Shown here piece after piece: positions 32,971 to 43,717 of a stretch of DNA of 64,000 bases. The translations under genes and the position numbers were made by a program. Origin of the DNA: an uncultured Pelagibacteraceae bacterium (GTDB taxonomy: Bacteria > Pseudomonadota > Alphaproteobacteria > Pelagibacterales > Pelagibacteraceae); NCBI GenBank assembly GCA_902634485.1, contig CACPKA010000007.1, forward strand, positions 13-64,012. Direction: 5' to 3'. Within the stretch, counting starts at the first letter, position 1; every line of letters starts with the position of its first letter. The notes below the pieces were generated by a model. It was not told the DNA's origin and ran no database searches. It saw only the letters and a program-made list of their open reading frames with translations.

Positions 32971-35262
32971 TTAATATAGAGTATCATTTTTAAAGAAATC
33001 TTTCATTTTTATTGGCTTTTTCTCTAAAATATATCTGTAGACATTATAATTTTCTAAAACTCTTTGTACATAATTTCTAGTTTCTTTAAATTTAATTAAT
33101 TCAATCCAATCAACATAATCAATTTGATTTTTTTGAGGATTTTTATTTATTTTTTTCCAATATTTAACTCTTTTAGGACCAGCATTATATGCAGCTATTG
33201 AAAAAGGATAAGAACCTTCATACTCTAACAATAAACCCGCTATATAATGAGATCCTAAATTAATATTATATTCTGGATCTTTAGTAAGTCTAGATTTGGA
33301 GTAGGGTAGATTTGCTTGTTTAGCAACTAGTTTTGCAGTGTAAGTCATTAGCTGCATAAGACCTTTAGCTCCAGCGTAACTGTTAGCCTCTATATCAAAT
33401 TCACTTTCTTGTCTTATTATAGATAATATAAAAGCTGATTCAGGTATTTTTCTCTTATTAACATACTTGGGTGTACTAATAATTGGGTAGTTATAATCAT
33501 TTAAAAATCTTTTTTCGTAAGAAGCGGCTTTAGCGATTTGTATAGCAAAATCATATCGAGAAATAGTTGTAGCTAATTCAGCAGCTAATATTTCGCTACC
33601 ATATTGTATATTTTCTTTAGCTAAGTGTTTTAGAATACTTTTGGTATACTTATCTTTGTTCAATTCGTCCAACAAATAAATAATTTTAACTATACTTTTT
33701 TCGTAAAATTTTTTTTTATATTTCTTGTCAACAATTGGGGTATCGGCAAGAGAAAAATTTTGATTTGGATAAATTTTTAAAAATGATAGTTGACCATAAT
33801 AAGTTGTTAAAAATTTAGAACCTTCTTCATACCATTTGTAAGATCTTTCTTTATCACCAATTTTTTCATAAGAACGAGCTAACCAATAAGCGCCTCTTGA
33901 TAAACTTATAGGATACCCAACGTTGTTATAAAAATTTTTGAAATGTTCAATAGCTAGAAGTGGATCGTTTAAAAAACTTAACGCAATCCATCCACTCATC
34001 CACTCAGCTTCTGCAAATTCTGGACCCTCAATAAGTCCGTGGTTGCTTGAAATTTTGTATGCAGTCTCATATTTTTTTTTATATATTAAAGATCTTGATA
34101 TAATCGAACGTTCTAACCACCATTTATCTGGCCTTATTAAGTATTCTTTAGAGTTATTAATATTAAGTAAAATTTCTAAAGAACTATCAACTCTACCTCT
34201 TTTTCTTCGCCATTTTAATCTATCATAATTTAGCCCTGCATCATTTTTAAATTTTTTTGGAACATTTGATATAGCTTTATCTACACCATAAGATTTACTC
34301 ATTAATAGTTGTCGAGCTGTATAAAGTAATTTTTCATCTTTAGGCAAATAAATTAACATTCTTTTTAAATCCCAATATTTGTTTTCCCACGCCAAATAAT
34401 CTGCACGAGATATATAATCATCTTTAGTTAAATATTTTTTATATTTTTTTCTAAAAAATTTAAGATCCGCTTTATTCAATTCAGCATTGATCCAACCATT
34501 TTTAATTAACTTAATTCCTTTATCTTTATCTCCAAGTTTAATTAAACTTTCTCCTAATATCATTTTACCAAAACCACTTAATGGTGGTGAATCTTGAAAC
34601 CAATTTTTAATTTTCCTATGGGACATTGTCTTTGTAGAAATTTTGTGTTCTGCTAAATATTTAATTCTATTAATTCTGGGATAATTTGGATTTCTATCTA
34701 TGAAATTTTTATATGTTTTGAAATTTGCTCTATTGCCTCTAGTTAATAAATGTCTCCATTCGATAAAATTATAAATAGACTTGTCCTTTGCTTTTAAAGC
34801 TATTGATAATGCACTTGACCATCTACTTTTTTCCATCTCTTTTATAGCTTTTTTTGCTAAATCAAAATCTCTTTTACTAAAATACTTAGACTTAAGTTTT
34901 GTTTTATTTATCTCTTTTTTTACAATTAAAGGTTTGCTTTTAGGTATCAAAATTCCTGAAATTTTATTTTCATTTTTTGTAATTTTTTTAGTATTAGGCT
35001 TTTTTGGAGGCAATATATATCCATTTAATTTAGCAATATTCTTTTTTGGAGTTTCTATATTTTCTTTTTTTTTTAGCTCTGATTCTTCTGATGGTTTCTT
35101 CTTTGGTTTTAATATACTTTTAGATATTTTTTCATCTGTTGATTTTTGGTCAAGAATTGGCTTCTTTAATGGAATTATTTTTAAATCAAATCCATAAGTT
35201 ATCGAAGTAATAAACAAATTTATTATGATTATTTTTGCTAAAAATGTTATTTTTTTAACCAT
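32971..35262 (-). CDS. slt: Soluble lytic murein transglycosylase (Slt70-like)
   Basis: IIRQESEF, GAKGLMQLM, AAYNAGP, ETRNYVQRV; signal peptide and superhelical N-domain. Confidence 0.93.
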   Translation of the reverse strand: MVKKITFLAKIIIINLFITSITYGFDLKIIPLKKPILDQKSTDEKISKSILKPKKKPSEESELKKKENIETPKKNIAKLNGYILPPKKPNTKKITKNENKISGILIPKSKPLIVKKEINKTKLKSKYFSKRDFDLAKKAIKEMEKSRWSSALSIALKAKDKSIYNFIEWRHLLTRGNRANFKTYKNFIDRNPNYPRINRIKYLAEHKISTKTMSHRKIKNWFQDSPPLSGFGKMILGESLIKLGDKDKGIKLIKNGWINAELNKADLKFFRKKYKKYLTKDDYISRADYLAWENKYWDLKRMLIYLPKDEKLLYTARQLLMSKSYGVDKAISNVPKKFKNDAGLNYDRLKWRRKRGRVDSSLEILLNINNSKEYLIRPDKWWLERSIISRSLIYKKKYETAYKISSNHGLIEGPEFAEAEWMSGWIALSFLNDPLLAIEHFKNFYNNVGYPISLSRGAYWLARSYEKIGDKERSYKWYEEGSKFLTTYYGQLSFLKIYPNQNFSLADTPIVDKKYKKKFYEKSIVKIIYLLDELNKDKYTKSILKHLAKENIQYGSEILAAELATTISRYDFAIQIAKAASYEKRFLNDYNYPIISTPKYVNKRKIPESAFILSIIRQESEFDIEANSYAGAKGLMQLMTYTAKLVAKQANLPYSKSRLTKDPEYNINLGSHYIAGLLLEYEGSYPFSIAAYNAGPKRVKYWKKINKNPQKNQIDYVDWIELIKFKETRNYVQRVLENYNVYRYILEKKPIKMKDFFKNDTLY

Positions 35263-35305
35263 AAAATTTTACTAAATGAATCTATAAACTATGTTATAAG
35301 TATTT

Positions 35306-36190
35306 ATGTTTAAAGGTTCAAATGTTGCTTTAATTACTCCGTTTAAAAATAATGAACTAGATATTGATGCTTATATTAAGCTTATACATTTTCATATTAA
35401 AAACGGCACCCATGGCCTTGTTCCAGCAGGCACTACAGGTGAATCTCCCACTCTTAGTCATGATGAGCATCAAAAAGTAATAGAACTTTGTGTAAAAGAA
35501 AGTAATGGTAAAATACCAGTTATAGCTGGAACTGGATCTAATTCAACAGAAGAAGCGATTGCATTAACAAAACATGCTGAAAAAGCTGGTGCGAATGGAG
35601 CTTTAGTTGTAACTCCATATTATAATAAACCAACACAAGAAGGTCTATATCAGCACTATAAAGCTATAAACGATAATACAAGTTTGCCCATCATAATTTA
35701 TAATATTCCAAGCAGATGTGTAATAGACATGTCAGTTAACACAATGGCTAGATTATTTGAATTAAAAAATATTTCAGGAGTTAAAGATGCTACAGGAGAT
35801 TTGAACCGACTTGATCAAACAATAAAAAAATTAGGACCTGAATTTATACAGCTCACAGGAGAAGATGGGCTAGCATATGAATTTAATAAAAGGGGTGGCG
35901 TAGGAATTATTTCAGTAACAGCCAATATTGCTCCTAAATTATGCTCAGATATGCAAAAGTACTCAAAATCAAATTCTGATAATGAAAAGAAAGAATCTGA
36001 AAGAATAGATCAAATTTTACAACCATTACATAAATCTTTATTTATTGAAAGTAATCCTGCTCCTGTAAAGTATGCAGCAAAAATTTTAGGATTATGCAAT
36101 GATGAAATTAGACTTCCATTAGTTAAAATTAAAAAAGAAACACAAGAAGAAGTTAAAAAAGCACTATTGTCAGCAAAACTAATAAGCTAA
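35306..36190 (+). CDS. dapA: 4-hydroxy-tetrahydrodipicolinate synthase
   Basis: [36 protein letters not shown]. Confidence 0.98.
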   Translation: MFKGSNVALITPFKNNELDIDAYIKLIHFHIKNGTHGLVPAGTTGESPTLSHDEHQKVIELCVKESNGKIPVIAGTGSNSTEEAIALTKHAEKAGANGALVVTPYYNKPTQEGLYQHYKAINDNTSLPIIIYNIPSRCVIDMSVNTMARLFELKNISGVKDATGDLNRLDQTIKKLGPEFIQLTGEDGLAYEFNKRGGVGIISVTANIAPKLCSDMQKYSKSNSDNEKKESERIDQILQPLHKSLFIESNPAPVKYAAKILGLCNDEIRLPLVKIKKETQEEVKKALLSAKLIS

Positions 36191-36660
36191 TGAAAAAAAA
36201 AACCAGCCCTGGTTTAAAGATTATTTGTCTAAATAGAAAAGCTAGCTTTAATTATTTTTTCTCTGAATTGTTAGAAGCAGGAATAGTATTAAAGGGATCC
36301 GAAATAAAATCCGTAAGATCAGGCAAAGTTAACATTGCCGAATCATACGCTATAGAAAAAGATGGAGAAATAATATTAGTTAACTCTCATATAGCTGGCT
36401 ATAAGGAGGCTAGTTATACAAATCATAACCCAACAGATGAAAGAAAATTACTTTTAAACCGTAGAGAAATTAATAAATTAATTGGAAAGATAAACAGAGA
36501 AGGTTTTACTCTTGTTCCAACTAAAATGTACTTTAAAAAGGGAAAAGCAAAAATACAAATTGCTATTGCAAAAGGAAAAAAAAATTTTGATAAAAGGCAA
36601 ACAAAAAAAACAAGAGACTGGAATCGTGATAAAGCTAGATATATCAGAAAATCAAGCTAA
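36190..36660 (+). CDS. smpB: SsrA-binding protein
   Basis: [35 protein letters not shown]. Confidence 0.98.
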   Translation: MKKKTSPGLKIICLNRKASFNYFFSELLEAGIVLKGSEIKSVRSGKVNIAESYAIEKDGEIILVNSHIAGYKEASYTNHNPTDERKLLLNRREINKLIGKINREGFTLVPTKMYFKKGKAKIQIAIAKGKKNFDKRQTKKTRDWNRDKARYIRKSS

Positions 36661-37147
36661 AATTGCATATTTATCTATAGGCTCTAATTTAGGTAACAAA
36701 AGAATTAATATCGAAAAAATAAAAAACTATTTACAAAATAGTGATTTAAATATTGTAAAAATTTCAAAAAATTATGAAACATTTTCTTGGCCAGATAAAA
36801 AAAAACCTAAATTTATTAATGCTGTATTAGAAATAAAAACTAAACTTAATGCGATTTCTTTATTAAAAAGATGTTTGGATATAGAAAAGAAATTGGGGAG
36901 AATTAGAGTAAAAAAGAACGACCCAAGAATTTGCGATATCGATATAATAGATTACAATGGTGAAAAAATGGAGTTTAAAAGCCAAAATTTAGTTTTGCCA
37001 CACCCTGAAATGCATAAAAGAAACTTTGTTTTATTGCCTTTATATGAGATTAACAAAAATTGGAAGCACCCAATTAAAAAGATAACTATTAAAACCTTGA
37101 TTAATTCATTAAACATTGAAGATATAAGAACTATTAAACTTATTTAA
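36626..37147 (+). CDS. folK: 2-amino-4-hydroxy-6-hydroxymethyldihydropteridine pyrophosphokinase
   Basis: [38 protein letters not shown]; start uncertain, in-frame GTG at 36626 inside the smpB end. Confidence 0.9.
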   Translation: MIKLDISENQAKIAYLSIGSNLGNKRINIEKIKNYLQNSDLNIVKISKNYETFSWPDKKKPKFINAVLEIKTKLNAISLLKRCLDIEKKLGRIRVKKNDPRICDIDIIDYNGEKMEFKSQNLVLPHPEMHKRNFVLLPLYEINKNWKHPIKKITIKTLINSLNIEDIRTIKLI

Positions 37148-37152
37148 TTTAA

Positions 37153-37161
37153 TGCTATAAT
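37153..37161 (+). promoter_or_regulatory. Extended -10 promoter of rel (probably leaderless)
   Basis: Perfect TGnTATAAT ending 5 nt before ATG 37167; no Shine-Dalgarno. Confidence 0.6.
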
Positions 37162-37166
37162 AGAGA

Positions 37167-38915
37167 ATGCTTAAATCAGAAGAATTAATTAATAAAGTTA
37201 AATCCTACAATAAGTTTCTTAATCCAGAAACATTGACTAAGGCTTATGATTTTGCTCTGAAAGCTCATAAAACTCAAAAAAGAGATGAAGGCGTTCCTTA
37301 TATAATACATCCCGTAGCAGTAGCCAGCATATTGACCGAACTTAAATTGGACAGCGCAACAATAGCAACTGGTTTGCTTCATGACACAATAGAAGATACT
37401 CACGCTACCTACACAACAATTAAAGAAGAATTTGGACAAGAAGTTGCTGATTTAGTTGATGGAGTTACTAAAATTTCAGAATTTGAAAATAAAGCAGTGG
37501 ATAATTCTAAGGCAGAAAATTTTAGAAAATTAATTTTAGCCACTTCAAAAGATATAAGAGTGTTACTTGTTAAAATTGCTGATCGTTTGCATAACATGAG
37601 AACAATCAAGTTTCTTAAAGATCAAAATAAACAAATTAGAAAAGCTAAAGAAACCATGGAAATTTACGCTCCACTTGCTGATAGAATGGGAATGAATCGA
37701 ATTAGAGATGAATTAGAAGATCTTTCTTTTCAAGTTTTAAATAATGACGCTAGAGAACTTATTAAAAAAAGATTAGATGAGATTAAAGATAATAAAACAA
37801 ATAGTTTTAAAGCAATTTCATCTGAATTTTCTAATCTATTAATTAAAAATAAAATAAATTCAAAAATTTTTGGAAGAGAAAAAACACCATTTTCAATATG
37901 GAGAAAAGTTCAAAAAAAAAGAGTTTCTCTTGAGCAAATTTCTGACATTATTGGTTTTAGAATTATTTTAGATAATATTGAAGACTGTTATAGAGCTCTT
38001 GGAATTTTTCATTCTAAATATAATTGTATACCTGGTAAATTTAAAGATTATATTTCTTCACCAAAAATCAATAATTATCAATCATTACACACTGCGGTTA
38101 TTGGTCCAAATAAAAGACCAATTGAAATACAGATAAGAACTATGCCAATGCATGAATTTGCTGAAAGAGGAATAGCATCTCATTGGAAATATAAATCTTC
38201 AGAAAGATTTAACTCTTTAACTTGGAAGGAGTATGATTGGTTAAAAGATTTAGTTGAGATTATTGAAAAAAATCAAAACCCAGATCATTATTTTGAATAT
38301 ACAAAACTTCAAATGTTTCAAGAGAATGTATTCTGTTTTACCCCAAAAGGAATGATTATAAAACTTCCTAAAGATGCTACCCCAATTGATTTTGCATATG
38401 CTGTTCATACTAAAATAGGTGATGCTGCAATAGGTTGTTTTATAAATGGTAGAGAAGATCAATTGCAAAGCAATCTTAACAACGGAGATATTGTTGAAAT
38501 AATAACTTCAAAAAAAGTATCACCATCTCTTCATTGGCTTCCCGTAACTAAAACTGGTAAGGCTAGAGCAGCTATAAGGAGATATTGGCAAGCAAAGGGA
38601 AATTCAAATTCTCCTAAAACAAAAGAATATAATTCTATATTATGGATATCATTACCCGACAGTCCAGGAAAATTAGGAGAGGTAACAACATTAGTTGGGA
38701 GCAATAATTTAAATATATCGAGCGTTGAAATGACAGAAAGAGGTAAAGATCATATCAATTTTAAATTTAACTTGATTATTAGAGACTTGAAAAACTTTAC
38801 AAATTTAATCAGTGAGTTAAAACAAAGAAACTTTAAATTTAAAATTATAAGACACGAAAATAAAAAAACTAATGCTATCAAACAAAAAATCCTTAAATAT
38901 TTTAAAAAAAACTAA
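37167..38915 (+). CDS. spoT: Bifunctional (p)ppGpp synthetase/hydrolase (Rel/SpoT), shortened
   Basis: HD motif LLHDTIED, ADRLHNMRT, YQSLHT, EIQIRT, TGS DFAYAVHT, C-terminal ACT. Confidence 0.95.
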   Translation: MLKSEELINKVKSYNKFLNPETLTKAYDFALKAHKTQKRDEGVPYIIHPVAVASILTELKLDSATIATGLLHDTIEDTHATYTTIKEEFGQEVADLVDGVTKISEFENKAVDNSKAENFRKLILATSKDIRVLLVKIADRLHNMRTIKFLKDQNKQIRKAKETMEIYAPLADRMGMNRIRDELEDLSFQVLNNDARELIKKRLDEIKDNKTNSFKAISSEFSNLLIKNKINSKIFGREKTPFSIWRKVQKKRVSLEQISDIIGFRIILDNIEDCYRALGIFHSKYNCIPGKFKDYISSPKINNYQSLHTAVIGPNKRPIEIQIRTMPMHEFAERGIASHWKYKSSERFNSLTWKEYDWLKDLVEIIEKNQNPDHYFEYTKLQMFQENVFCFTPKGMIIKLPKDATPIDFAYAVHTKIGDAAIGCFINGREDQLQSNLNNGDIVEIITSKKVSPSLHWLPVTKTGKARAAIRRYWQAKGNSNSPKTKEYNSILWISLPDSPGKLGEVTTLVGSNNLNISSVEMTERGKDHINFKFNLIIRDLKNFTNLISELKQRNFKFKIIRHENKKTNAIKQKILKYFKKN

Positions 38916-39459
38916 CGCTTTATTAGAGGGACATTTTGTATTGTCCTCTGGATTACACTCATCAAAATATATTCAATGTGCAAAACTTCTAAGTTTCCCC
39001 TTTTTAGCTAAGTATATATGTAGCTCATTAAGTAAAAAAATTAATAAAAAATTTAAAAGAATTGATATAATTTTATCTCCAGCAATGGGTGGTATTATAA
39101 TAGGTTATGAAATTGGTAAATTATTAAAAAAAGAGACAATTTTTTGTGAAAGAGTTAATGGAAAATTTAATCTAAGAAGAGGTTTTAAAATTAAAAAGGG
39201 ATCAAATGTTTTAATAGTAGAAGATGTTATAACAACAGGGAAATCAAGTCTCGAATGTGTAAAATTAATAAATAAAGCAAAAGCTAAACTAGTAGGTTTT
39301 GCTTGTATAATTGACAGATCAAATAAAAAAGATCTTAAAATAAAAAAAAATATAACCTCACATATGAAAATTAATGTGCCAACATATAAAAAAAATAAAT
39401 TACCATTATCTCTTAAAAAAATACCTATAACAAAACCTGGTAGTAGATTCATTAAATGA
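38872..39459 (+). CDS. pyrE: Orotate phosphoribosyltransferase
   Basis: GHFVLSSGLHS, PRPP-binding VEDVITTGKS. Confidence 0.95.
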   Translation: MLSNKKSLNILKKTNALLEGHFVLSSGLHSSKYIQCAKLLSFPFLAKYICSSLSKKINKKFKRIDIILSPAMGGIIIGYEIGKLLKKETIFCERVNGKFNLRRGFKIKKGSNVLIVEDVITTGKSSLECVKLINKAKAKLVGFACIIDRSNKKDLKIKKNITSHMKINVPTYKKNKLPLSLKKIPITKPGSRFIK

Positions 39460-40172
39460 AAAGACTGGGTGTAAACATTGATCATATTGCAACACTTAGA
39501 AATGCACGTGGAGAAAATCATCCAAGCATATTAAAAGCAGCAATTTTAGCAATGAAATATGGAGCCAGTTCCATAACTATTCATTTACGTGAAGACAGAA
39601 GGCATATTAAAGATATAGATCTAAAAGATTTAAAAAAAAATAAAAAAATTCCTATTAATCTTGAAATGGCTGCTACTAACGAAATGCTTAAAATTGCTTT
39701 AAAAATAAAACCAAATTTTGTTTGTATAGTTCCTGAAAAAAGAAAAGAAATTACAACAGAAGGAGGTTTAAAATTTAATAAAAAAAATAAAAAACTTTTT
39801 CATATTATTAAAAAATTAAACAAATCTAAAATAAGAACTAGTTTATTTATAAATCCAAATATTAATGATATTAAAAATTCAAGTTTTATTGGAAGTAAGT
39901 GTATAGAATTACATACCGGTATAATTTCAAATAAAATAAAAAAAAAAATTAATTTTCAGAAAGAATTAAAAAAAATAAAAAAATGTTCAAAATTTGCTAA
40001 AAGCTTAGGTTTAGAGGTTCACGCAGGTCATGGTATGGATTTTAAAACAGCGCAAATTTTATGTAAAATCAACGAAATTAAAGAATTTAATATTGGGCAT
40101 TTTATAATAGGTGAATCAATTTTTGATGGTTTTAAAAATACAATTAATAGATTTATCAAAATTATCAAATAA
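39456..40172 (+). CDS. pdxJ: Pyridoxine 5'-phosphate synthase
   Basis: LGVNIDHIATLRNAR, HLREDRRHI, HAGHG, NIGH. Confidence 0.97.
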   Translation: MKRLGVNIDHIATLRNARGENHPSILKAAILAMKYGASSITIHLREDRRHIKDIDLKDLKKNKKIPINLEMAATNEMLKIALKIKPNFVCIVPEKRKEITTEGGLKFNKKNKKLFHIIKKLNKSKIRTSLFINPNINDIKNSSFIGSKCIELHTGIISNKIKKKINFQKELKKIKKCSKFAKSLGLEVHAGHGMDFKTAQILCKINEIKEFNIGHFIIGESIFDGFKNTINRFIKIIK

Positions 40173-40174
40173 AT

Positions 40175-40561
40175 ATGAAAATTTTAGGTATTGGCGTTGA
40201 TATAATTGAAAATTCAAGAATAAAAAGATCAATTTTAAATAAAAAATTTATTAATAGAATTTTTTCTAAACAAGAAATTTCAAAACTAAATAAAATAAAT
40301 AATAAAATTGCTTATTTTTCAAAAAGATTTGCTGCAAAAGAAGCATTTTCTAAAGCTTTAGGAACAGGATTTAGGAATAATTTGAATTTTAGGGATATTT
40401 CAGTAGTTAATGATAGATATGGAAAACCATATATTAAAATGACCAATAAAATAATCAATATTTTGATGTACAAATTTAAAACAAAAAATGTAAAAATTTT
40501 TTTATCGATTTCTGATGAAAAAAAAAATTCAATAGCATTTGTTGTAATAGGTAAAAAATGA
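40175..40561 (+). CDS. acpS: Holo-ACP synthase
   Basis: GIGVDII, RFAAKEAFSKALGTG, GKP. Confidence 0.96.
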   Translation: MKILGIGVDIIENSRIKRSILNKKFINRIFSKQEISKLNKINNKIAYFSKRFAAKEAFSKALGTGFRNNLNFRDISVVNDRYGKPYIKMTNKIINILMYKFKTKNVKIFLSISDEKKNSIAFVVIGKK

Positions 40562-41295
40562 GTTTAAATAAAAATTTTTTTGTTGAAAATATAAAAACAA
40601 TATTATTTGCACTTATTATTGCAATATTTATAAGATCATTATTTTTTCAGCCTTTTTATATACCTTCATCCTCTATGGAACCAAATTTGTTAGTCGGGGA
40701 TAGACTTTTTGTTTCAAAGTATACTTATGGTTATAGCAAACATTCATTCCCATTTAGTCCAAAAATATTTGATAATAGAATTTTTTACAATGAACCAAAT
40801 AGAGGGGATGTTATTGTTTTTAAAACCCCAGCTGATAATCGGACTGATTATATTAAAAGATTAATTGGTTTGCCTGGTGATGTAATTCAATTTATTGATG
40901 GCGATCTTTATTTAAATGATAACCAAATTTTAAAAACAAAAATAAATTCAAATGCAAAAATTTATTGTGGAAATTTAAAAATTAATCCTAGATTTTTTCA
41001 AGAAAAGTTACCCAATGGTGTAATATATAATTCAGTTTATGATATATATAATACTTATCAGCAATCAGACAAATTTGTAGTACCAGAAGACCACTTTTTC
41101 TTTTTAGGTGACAATAGAGACTGTTCTAAAGATAGCAGATATTTAACTAGTGTTGGTTATGTTCATAAAGATAATTTAGTCGGCAAGGCTCGGATTATTT
41201 TTTTTTCAACTAATAGAAAAAATGGAAGTATCTTTGAATTTTGGAATTGGAATAAAATAATAAGAATTGATCGTTTTTTTAAAATTATAAAATAA
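40558..41295 (+). CDS. lepB: Signal peptidase I
   Basis: IPSSSMEPNL, DYIKRLIGLPGD, GDNRDCSKDSR. Confidence 0.97.
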   Translation: MSLNKNFFVENIKTILFALIIAIFIRSLFFQPFYIPSSSMEPNLLVGDRLFVSKYTYGYSKHSFPFSPKIFDNRIFYNEPNRGDVIVFKTPADNRTDYIKRLIGLPGDVIQFIDGDLYLNDNQILKTKINSNAKIYCGNLKINPRFFQEKLPNGVIYNSVYDIYNTYQQSDKFVVPEDHFFFLGDNRDCSKDSRYLTSVGYVHKDNLVGKARIIFFSTNRKNGSIFEFWNWNKIIRIDRFFKIIK

Positions 41296-41297
41296 TT

Positions 41298-41963
41298 ATG
41301 TCTATAAATTTACCTAAGTTTGAAAAGAAAATTGGTATATCCTTCAAAAATAAGGATTTATTAAAAAAAAGTCTTACTCATAAAAGTTTTAGATATGATG
41401 AAAATAATGAGAAACTTGAATTTTTAGGCGATCGGGTTTTGGGCTTGATAATTTCAAAGAAATTATTAGAGATATTTCCAAATGATAAAGAAGGCATATT
41501 AGATAAAAAATTTGCCTCATTAGTTAATAGAAAAAAATGCAATGAAATTGCTACTAAGTTCAATTTACAAAATTATATTATAACTGGTAATTTAAAATCA
41601 AAAAAAAATAAAATTGAAGACAAAATTATTTCTGATGCTTGTGAAGCTTTAATTGGTGCAATTTACTTAGATCAAGGATTTAACATAGTAGAAAAGTTTA
41701 TTTTTAAATATTGGAGTCCTTATATGTCTATTAATATGTCCAATGAACCAGATGCAAAAACTAAATTACAAGAATATTCTCTTAAAAACTTTAAATCACT
41801 TCCTAAATATAAGCTTTATTCAAATACTGGACCACATCACAAACCAGTTTTTAAAATTGGAGTGAGTGTTAAAAATTCAAAGGTATACTATGCTTCTGGA
41901 AATTCAAAAAAGGATGCTGAACAAAAAGCAGCAAAAATATTATTAAAAAAAATAGGCAACTGA
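41298..41963 (+). CDS. rnc: Ribonuclease III
   Basis: NEKLEFLGDRVL, DACEALIGAIYLD, dsRBD with SKKDAEQKAA. Confidence 0.98.
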   Translation: MSINLPKFEKKIGISFKNKDLLKKSLTHKSFRYDENNEKLEFLGDRVLGLIISKKLLEIFPNDKEGILDKKFASLVNRKKCNEIATKFNLQNYIITGNLKSKKNKIEDKIISDACEALIGAIYLDQGFNIVEKFIFKYWSPYMSINMSNEPDAKTKLQEYSLKNFKSLPKYKLYSNTGPHHKPVFKIGVSVKNSKVYYASGNSKKDAEQKAAKILLKKIGN

Positions 41964-42643
41964 TGCAATGGGATGATATTGGATATCTAATTTCTAAGTA
42001 CAAATACAATGAAAATTCATTAATAACAGAATTTTATACCGAGAGGCATGGTAAATGTTCCGGTTTAATATTTGGCGCAACTTCAAAAAAAATTAAAAGT
42101 TATCTCCAAATAGGAAACAAATTACATTTAAATTATAATTTCAAAACTTTGAATAAAATTGGGTATTTCAAATTAGAAATTTTAAATGCTTACACACCTT
42201 TATATTTTGAAGATAAAAAAAAATTATCATGCATCATTTCAGCAATGAATCTTATAAAATTGTTAACAGTAGAATCTCAGGAAAATACTAAAATTTTTAA
42301 ACTTATTGATCACCTTTTTTTGTTTTTTAAAAATTCTGAATGGATAAAAGATTATATTTTTTGGGAACTAAAATTATTAAAATATGTTGGTTATGATTTG
42401 AATCTTGAAAAAATTGTTCAAACTGAAAGTATTGATAATAAAAAAAAATATTTTGTTAAATCCAATTCCGATAAAAAATATGTACCAAACTTTTTAGTAG
42501 ACACAAATGAAAAAAATATTGATAAAAATAATATTTCCAAAGGATTAAAGCTTGTAGGTGATTTTTTAGATAAATCTGTATTAAAACCTAATAATATTAG
42601 CTATCCACCATCAAGATTAGATTTTGTAAATCTTTTTAAATAG
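41963..42643 (+). CDS. recO: DNA repair protein RecO
   Basis: MQWDDIG..., HG...GL..G, WELKLLKYVGY; conserved position after rnc. Confidence 0.88.
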   Translation: MQWDDIGYLISKYKYNENSLITEFYTERHGKCSGLIFGATSKKIKSYLQIGNKLHLNYNFKTLNKIGYFKLEILNAYTPLYFEDKKKLSCIISAMNLIKLLTVESQENTKIFKLIDHLFLFFKNSEWIKDYIFWELKLLKYVGYDLNLEKIVQTESIDNKKKYFVKSNSDKKYVPNFLVDTNEKNIDKNNISKGLKLVGDFLDKSVLKPNNISYPPSRLDFVNLFK

Positions 42644-43651
42644 TTATTTGTAGTTTTTTAAATCTTTTGCTATTTCGTCAGCAAAATATGTTACAATTGC
42701 AGATGCACCAGCTCTTTTGAAACCTATAAGTGTTTCAATTATAATATTTTCATTTATAATTTTTTTATTAATTGAATTTTTTATCATGCTATATTCGCCA
42801 GATACCTGATACGCAAAAACAGGTATTTTAAAATTTTCTTTTATAGATTTAATTATATCTAGGTAAGGTAAGCCTGGTTTTACCATTACAATATCTGCTC
42901 CTTCTTTTATATCTAAAGCAACTTCTCTTAAAGCTTCTGAGCTATTCCTAAAATCCATTTGATAAGTTTTTTTGTCACCTTTTAATGTTTTATACGATCC
43001 AATTGCCTCTCTAAATGGTCCATAAAAGCTCGAAGCATATTTAGAAGCATAAGATAGTATTTGAACCTCATCAAAATTTTTTTTGTCTAATGCTTTTCTA
43101 ATTTTTCCAATTCTTCCATCCATCATGTCAGACGGAGCAATAACATCACAACCCATTTCAGCTTGTAATAAGGATTGATTAATTAAAATTTCTACTGTTT
43201 CATCATTTAAAATTTTACCTTTTTTAAGAAGTCCGTCGTGGCCGTGTGAAGTATATGGATCTAAAGCTACATCACACATTATTCCGATTTTATTTCTATA
43301 TTTTTTTTTAATAAGTCTTATTGCTCTACAAACTAAATTATTTTCATTTAATGCTTCTAGACCTAAATTATTTTTTATAGATTTGTTAGTATATGGAAAT
43401 AAAGCAATCATTGGAATTTTAAACTTAATTGCTTTATCAACTATTGTTGGAATTTTATCTATACTGTATCTAAAAACTCCAGGCATTGATTTAATTGATT
43501 CTTTTTTATTTTTTCCATCAATTAAAAAAATTGGTAGTATTAGATCATTCACTGACAAATTATTTTCTTGAACTAGTCTTCTTGACCAATCGTTTTTTCT
43601 ATTTCTTCTAAGCCTTAGATTCGGATATTTACCAGTGATAATCATTCTCAA
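42644..43651 (-). CDS. hemB: Porphobilinogen synthase (Zn-independent type)
   Basis: RLRRNR, DVALDPYTSHGHDG, APSDMMDGR, MVKPGLPYLD, AYQVSGEY; start TTG 43651 or ATG 43645. Confidence 0.97.
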   Translation of the reverse strand: MRMIITGKYPNLRLRRNRKNDWSRRLVQENNLSVNDLILPIFLIDGKNKKESIKSMPGVFRYSIDKIPTIVDKAIKFKIPMIALFPYTNKSIKNNLGLEALNENNLVCRAIRLIKKKYRNKIGIMCDVALDPYTSHGHDGLLKKGKILNDETVEILINQSLLQAEMGCDVIAPSDMMDGRIGKIRKALDKKNFDEVQILSYASKYASSFYGPFREAIGSYKTLKGDKKTYQMDFRNSSEALREVALDIKEGADIVMVKPGLPYLDIIKSIKENFKIPVFAYQVSGEYSMIKNSINKKIINENIIIETLIGFKRAGASAIVTYFADEIAKDLKNYK

Positions 43652-43717
43652 TCAGATTTTTATATGCGACAAAAGTTATATGTAATATAATTATAAATAA
43701 AGTATTTATTTAATCGC

